The position numbers and the translations under genes were made by a program. This document shows, piece after piece, positions 60,020 to 64,000 of a stretch of 64,000 nucleotides of DNA. Each line of letters starts with the position of its first letter. Positions within the stretch are counted from its first letter, which is position 1. This stretch comes from Mustelus asterias (taxonomy: Eukaryota): assembly GCF_964213995.1 (NCBI RefSeq), contig NC_135801.1, positions 40,548,001-40,612,000 of the forward strand, read 5' to 3'. The notes under the pieces were generated by a model, which was not told the origin of the DNA, searched no databases, and saw only the letters and a program-made list of their open reading frames with translations.

Positions 60020-61030
60020 TGCTCCTCATTCTGCGACTGGATCCTGAACTTCCTAACTCACAGACCGCAATCAGTAAGGATAGGCAACAACACCTCCTCC
60101 ACGATCATCCTCAACACTAGTGCCCCACAAGACTGTCTCAGCCCCCTAATATACTCATTATACATTTATGACTGAGGCCAAATTCCCCTCCAACTCGATT
60201 TTCAAGTTTGCTGACGACATCACTGTAGTGGATCAGATCTCAAACAACGATGAGACAGAGAATCTGGTGAACTGGTGCGGCGACAATAATCTCTCCCTCA
60301 ATGTCAACACAACAAAGGAGTTTGTCATCAACTTCAGGAAGCGTAAAGGAGAAAATGCCCCTGTCTACATCAACGGGGACGAAGTAGAAAGGGTCAAGAG
60401 TTTCAAGTTTTTAGGTGTCCAAATCACCAACAACCTGTCCTGGTCCCCCCATGCCGACACTATAGTTAAGAAAGCCCACCAATGCCTCTACTTTTTCAGA
60501 AGACTAAGGAAATTTGGCATGTCAACTATGACTCTCATCAACTTTTACAGATGCATCATAGAAAGCATTCTTTCTGGTTATATCACAGCTTGGTATGGCT
60601 CCTACTCTGCCCAAGACCGCAAGAAACTACAAAAGGTCGTGAATGTAGCCCAGTTCATCACGCAAACCAGCCCCCCATCCACTGACTGTCTACACTTCCT
60701 ACTGCCTCGGCAAAGCAACCAGCACAATTAAAGACGCTACACACCCCGGACATTCTCTCTTCCACCTTTTTCCGTCGGGAAAAAGATACAAAAGTCTGAG
60801 GTTACGTACCAACCGACTCAAGAACAGCTTCTTCCCTGCTGATGTCAGACTTTTGAATGGACCTACCTTGCATTAAGTTGAGCTTTCTCTACACCCTAGC
60901 TATGGCTGTAACACTAGATTCTGCACTGTCTCGTTTCCTCCTCTATGAACGGTATGCTTTGTCTGTGTAGCACGCAGGAAACAATACTTTTCACTATGTT
61001 GACACATGTGACAATAATAAATCAAACTAA
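60020..61030 (+). mobile_element. Rex1/Babar LINE, 3' portion
   Basis: ORF 60168-60731 (KFADDITVV…WCGDNNLSLNVNTTKE…), same family as 23557-24660. Confidence 0.9.
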
Positions 61031-61767
61031 AATGGAGTTAAAGCAGAAATTAGGCCAGAAGAGACCAAGAATTACAGACGCTTGCTCAGGGAGTAAGGGT
61101 GCAACAAAAAAAAAAGCCAACAGTACAGCAGCACTGATCAGTCAGAGGTGGCATGTCACTAAAAGGAGGGTGTTCTGCTAGCTGCATCCAGAATCACTGC
61201 ATACAAAGCAGAGAGAGCTTGTTCAGATCGCATATAGTACGTCAACTCAGCAAAGTAATAAATATGAATTTTATGAGGTGGAAGCACAACATTTCCCCAC
61301 CTGAGCAACAGCCTTTTTGTCAAAAAAACTAAAAGAACTTTAAGTTCAGGATTTAGTCATAAAAGTCAATTGTAAATTTGCTTTAAAAAGTTAATGACTG
61401 AAATGTCGATTATAAAGAGGCATTAAACTTTCTTTTTTTAAAATAAAGATGGATGTTATATTGTTATATTATTCCAAAATGATATACGAACTATATTGTC
61501 ATGCATTTGTATATATGTGTAAGTGGTCCTGTAGCACAGAAAGTAGCATCGCTACCTCTTGAGCCGAAGTTCTGGATGAGGATCCATTCCAGCACCTGAT
61601 GGCCAAACAAGGTATTTTATTACACAGCCAAACAGATCGAGTATACGGCAATGGCAGACAGTAAGAGTGGAGGGATTCTAGGTCTGCCATGTTATGGAGG
61701 AAAGATTGGAGCTTCCACCATCACTACTCATACCTCTAGAAGTGCATGTTGCCACTGCATTTCCATT

Positions 61768-62280
61768 GGGGACCAAATGGTTCAACTGGCTGGATGGCTG
61801 GTGTGGATCAGATTGTTGCCAACAGCACGGGCGGCACGGTAGCACAGTGGTTAGCACTGCTGCTTCACAGCTCCAGGGTCCCGGGTTCGATTCCCGGCTC
61901 GGGTCACTGTCTGTGTGGAGTTTGCACATTCTCCTCGTGTCTGCGTGGGTTTCCTCCGGGTGCTCCGGTTTCCTCCCACAGTCCAAAGATGTGCGGGTTA
62001 GGTTGATTGGCCAGGTTAAAAATTGCCCCTTAGAGTCCTAAGATGCGTAAGTGAGAGGGATTAGCGGGTAAATATGTGGGGCTAGAGACTGGGTGGGATT
62101 GTGGTCGGTGCAGACTCGATGGGCCGAATGGCCTCCTTCTGCACTGTAGGGTTTCTATGATTCTATGATTCTAAAAGGTTCAACCCGCATCCTAACTCAG
62201 GTGGGTTCAGGAAGTGCCTCCTTTCCCTACCCATGGTGAAGATCATGGTGCTGTGGGTCAGTCTTGCCTTTGGGCAAAGA
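61768..62280 (+). mobile_element. Older tRNA-derived SINE split by HE1
   Basis: A-box-like tggttcaactgg…gccaacagcacg, then [HE1], then a B-box-like continuation ggttcaaccc. Confidence 0.45.
61829..62173 (+). mobile_element. HE1-type V-SINE, full length, young
   Basis: CpG-rich tRNA head, V-domain, CR1-type tail and (ttctatga)n. Confidence 0.92.
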
Positions 62281-64000
62281 ACGGAAGTTGATGATGATGG
62301 TGACGTATGCATGGACATCCAGAGTAGAGTGCCACATCGCTCAACACTATACTACAATCATTGTACCATAACAACATTGTATCATTCCACAGCACATAAT
62401 GAGATCTGGAAAAGTACCTAAAAGTAAAATAATGTGATTATTTCAGACTTCTGGGGACCACAAGACATAACAGTTCATAACAACAATGATCACACTGCAG
62501 AAATACCAGCACAAAATATGTGGTCAATAGGACAAGCATTACGAAAATATGAGTGGATCCAATTTTATCATGCTATAATATCACACAATACCATTCTGCA
62601 CAGTATGTTTAAGATTCAATCTATCAATGAAGGCTGGAATTATAATGTCTAACCTCATCATCATGCCTCAGAAAAATTATAATAATTAAGCATATGAGCA
62701 TAACAAAAATGGACATTAAAAGACTGGCAGATCCATCAAGCCTGTCCTGACAAATATGATGCCTTGAATGCTGATTACATTTGATTCAATCCTGTTTTCT
62801 GGTGTTGCAACAGTCTTCTTCCTACCTCTGTACAAGGATCAGATTTTAACAGTTTTTTATCCACCAATTCACCACTACACAACAATAGCTAATCCGGACC
62901 AACACCCACTTTAAAATCCTTTCAAGAACTGTGTTAAACATCTGCACCACAGCCAAAATAATGAGTGGAATTTTATATTTTCTAGGTTTACTATAAAAAT
63001 ATATTCCATATGTTCTGCAGAATACATGGTGCTCCTTTGCAGCAATGCAAAATTGCAGAGTATGCTGGGGGGGGGGTTGCAAAAACTGTGATGTTCAGAG
63101 TCGGGAGGTCTGGTGATCATTAATGTCCTAAAGGAAATCTCTAGCTGAAACACAAGTACATTATTGCCTTAGAAAGCTTCAGTCTTTGCATACCACCACC
63201 TTTTCAATTTCAGTGTGGTAGTACAAGTAAAATTCCAGATGAACTAGTCATTAAATTGCATGTTATAGGATTTTAACTTTTTTAATTAAATCTTCCATCC
63301 TTTGCCATTGAATATTGAAATTTAAGTCAATTTTGATTTGTAAACTATTTTGCTTTATACTTACTGATTGAAATCTTGTACCTTTCAGCTATATTTCTGA
63401 AAACAGTAAACCTTAATTTTAACAGTACAAAATTACCATTCAATACACTATATTTTACAATTACAACAGTTTATTTTTACAAAAAAATCAAAGCTAACAA
63501 CCAAGAAAAACAAAAAATTATAACGTAATGACTTTTGTGCCCATGTTTCAGCTTTCTTCTCCAATGGTGCAGTACTCTACGTGAATATAGTTAAGTGGAC
63601 TGACACCACAATGTCTGAGTCTCAATTGGTTATGATTTGAAAGAATATCCATTTACTACCATTACTTAGTAAGTAATTATAATGCTTATAAAACCTGCTG
63701 ATACATACCTATTGTTACTGCACTGTGCAAGCTGTATTTAAATCTGTGAGAACATCTTTCAACTGTGAGACAGTTAACCTTGCAGAGCTGAACACAATTA
63801 TTCCAGCTACAAGGATGCACACAAACATCAACAGTGACAAAGATATTTTCTAGACATAATGAAGGACTGCATGAAAAGGGAACACTTGAAAAACTGATTT
63901 TGTTCTTTCTGAAACACCCAGTTATTGCACAACTCTGAAAATATATTATCCATACCTTTTCACTTTTCAGTCAGGATTACGAAGATTGAGAACATATGCA

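Noticed and set aside
63700-64000. Possible splice sites near the window end
   Set aside because: Ambiguous strand, no recognisable peptide, and truncated by the window edge.

Overview
Eukaryotic, repeat-dominated genomic DNA, most likely from a shark or other elasmobranch. The basis is HE1/V-SINEs sharing their 3' tail with CR1(HER1)-type LINEs, plus DeuSINE-like relics. I could not confidently identify any host protein-coding exon, rRNA, true tRNA gene or CRISPR array, so the window looks intronic or intergenic. It is a nested mosaic of many CR1 LINE fragments (one young copy keeps an 883-aa uninterrupted APE-RT frame, 42919-45570), L2, RTE, Rex1/Babar, a probable I-group LINE, two decayed Gypsy LTR retrotransposons, Harbinger transposase and Myb relics, several SINE families, and two Penelope-like element (PLE) families. 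The most notable signal is one PLE family present as seven insertions from about 20 bp to 1.2 kb. Six share the same 3' end (…GGCATCTCCACA[TCA]) and five have 12-16 bp target-site duplications. Three fold back into long hairpins, and the longer copies carry a minimal hammerhead-ribozyme motif, on both strands in two of the fold-back copies. Family names come from motif recognition by eye, and boundaries of old repeats are approximate.
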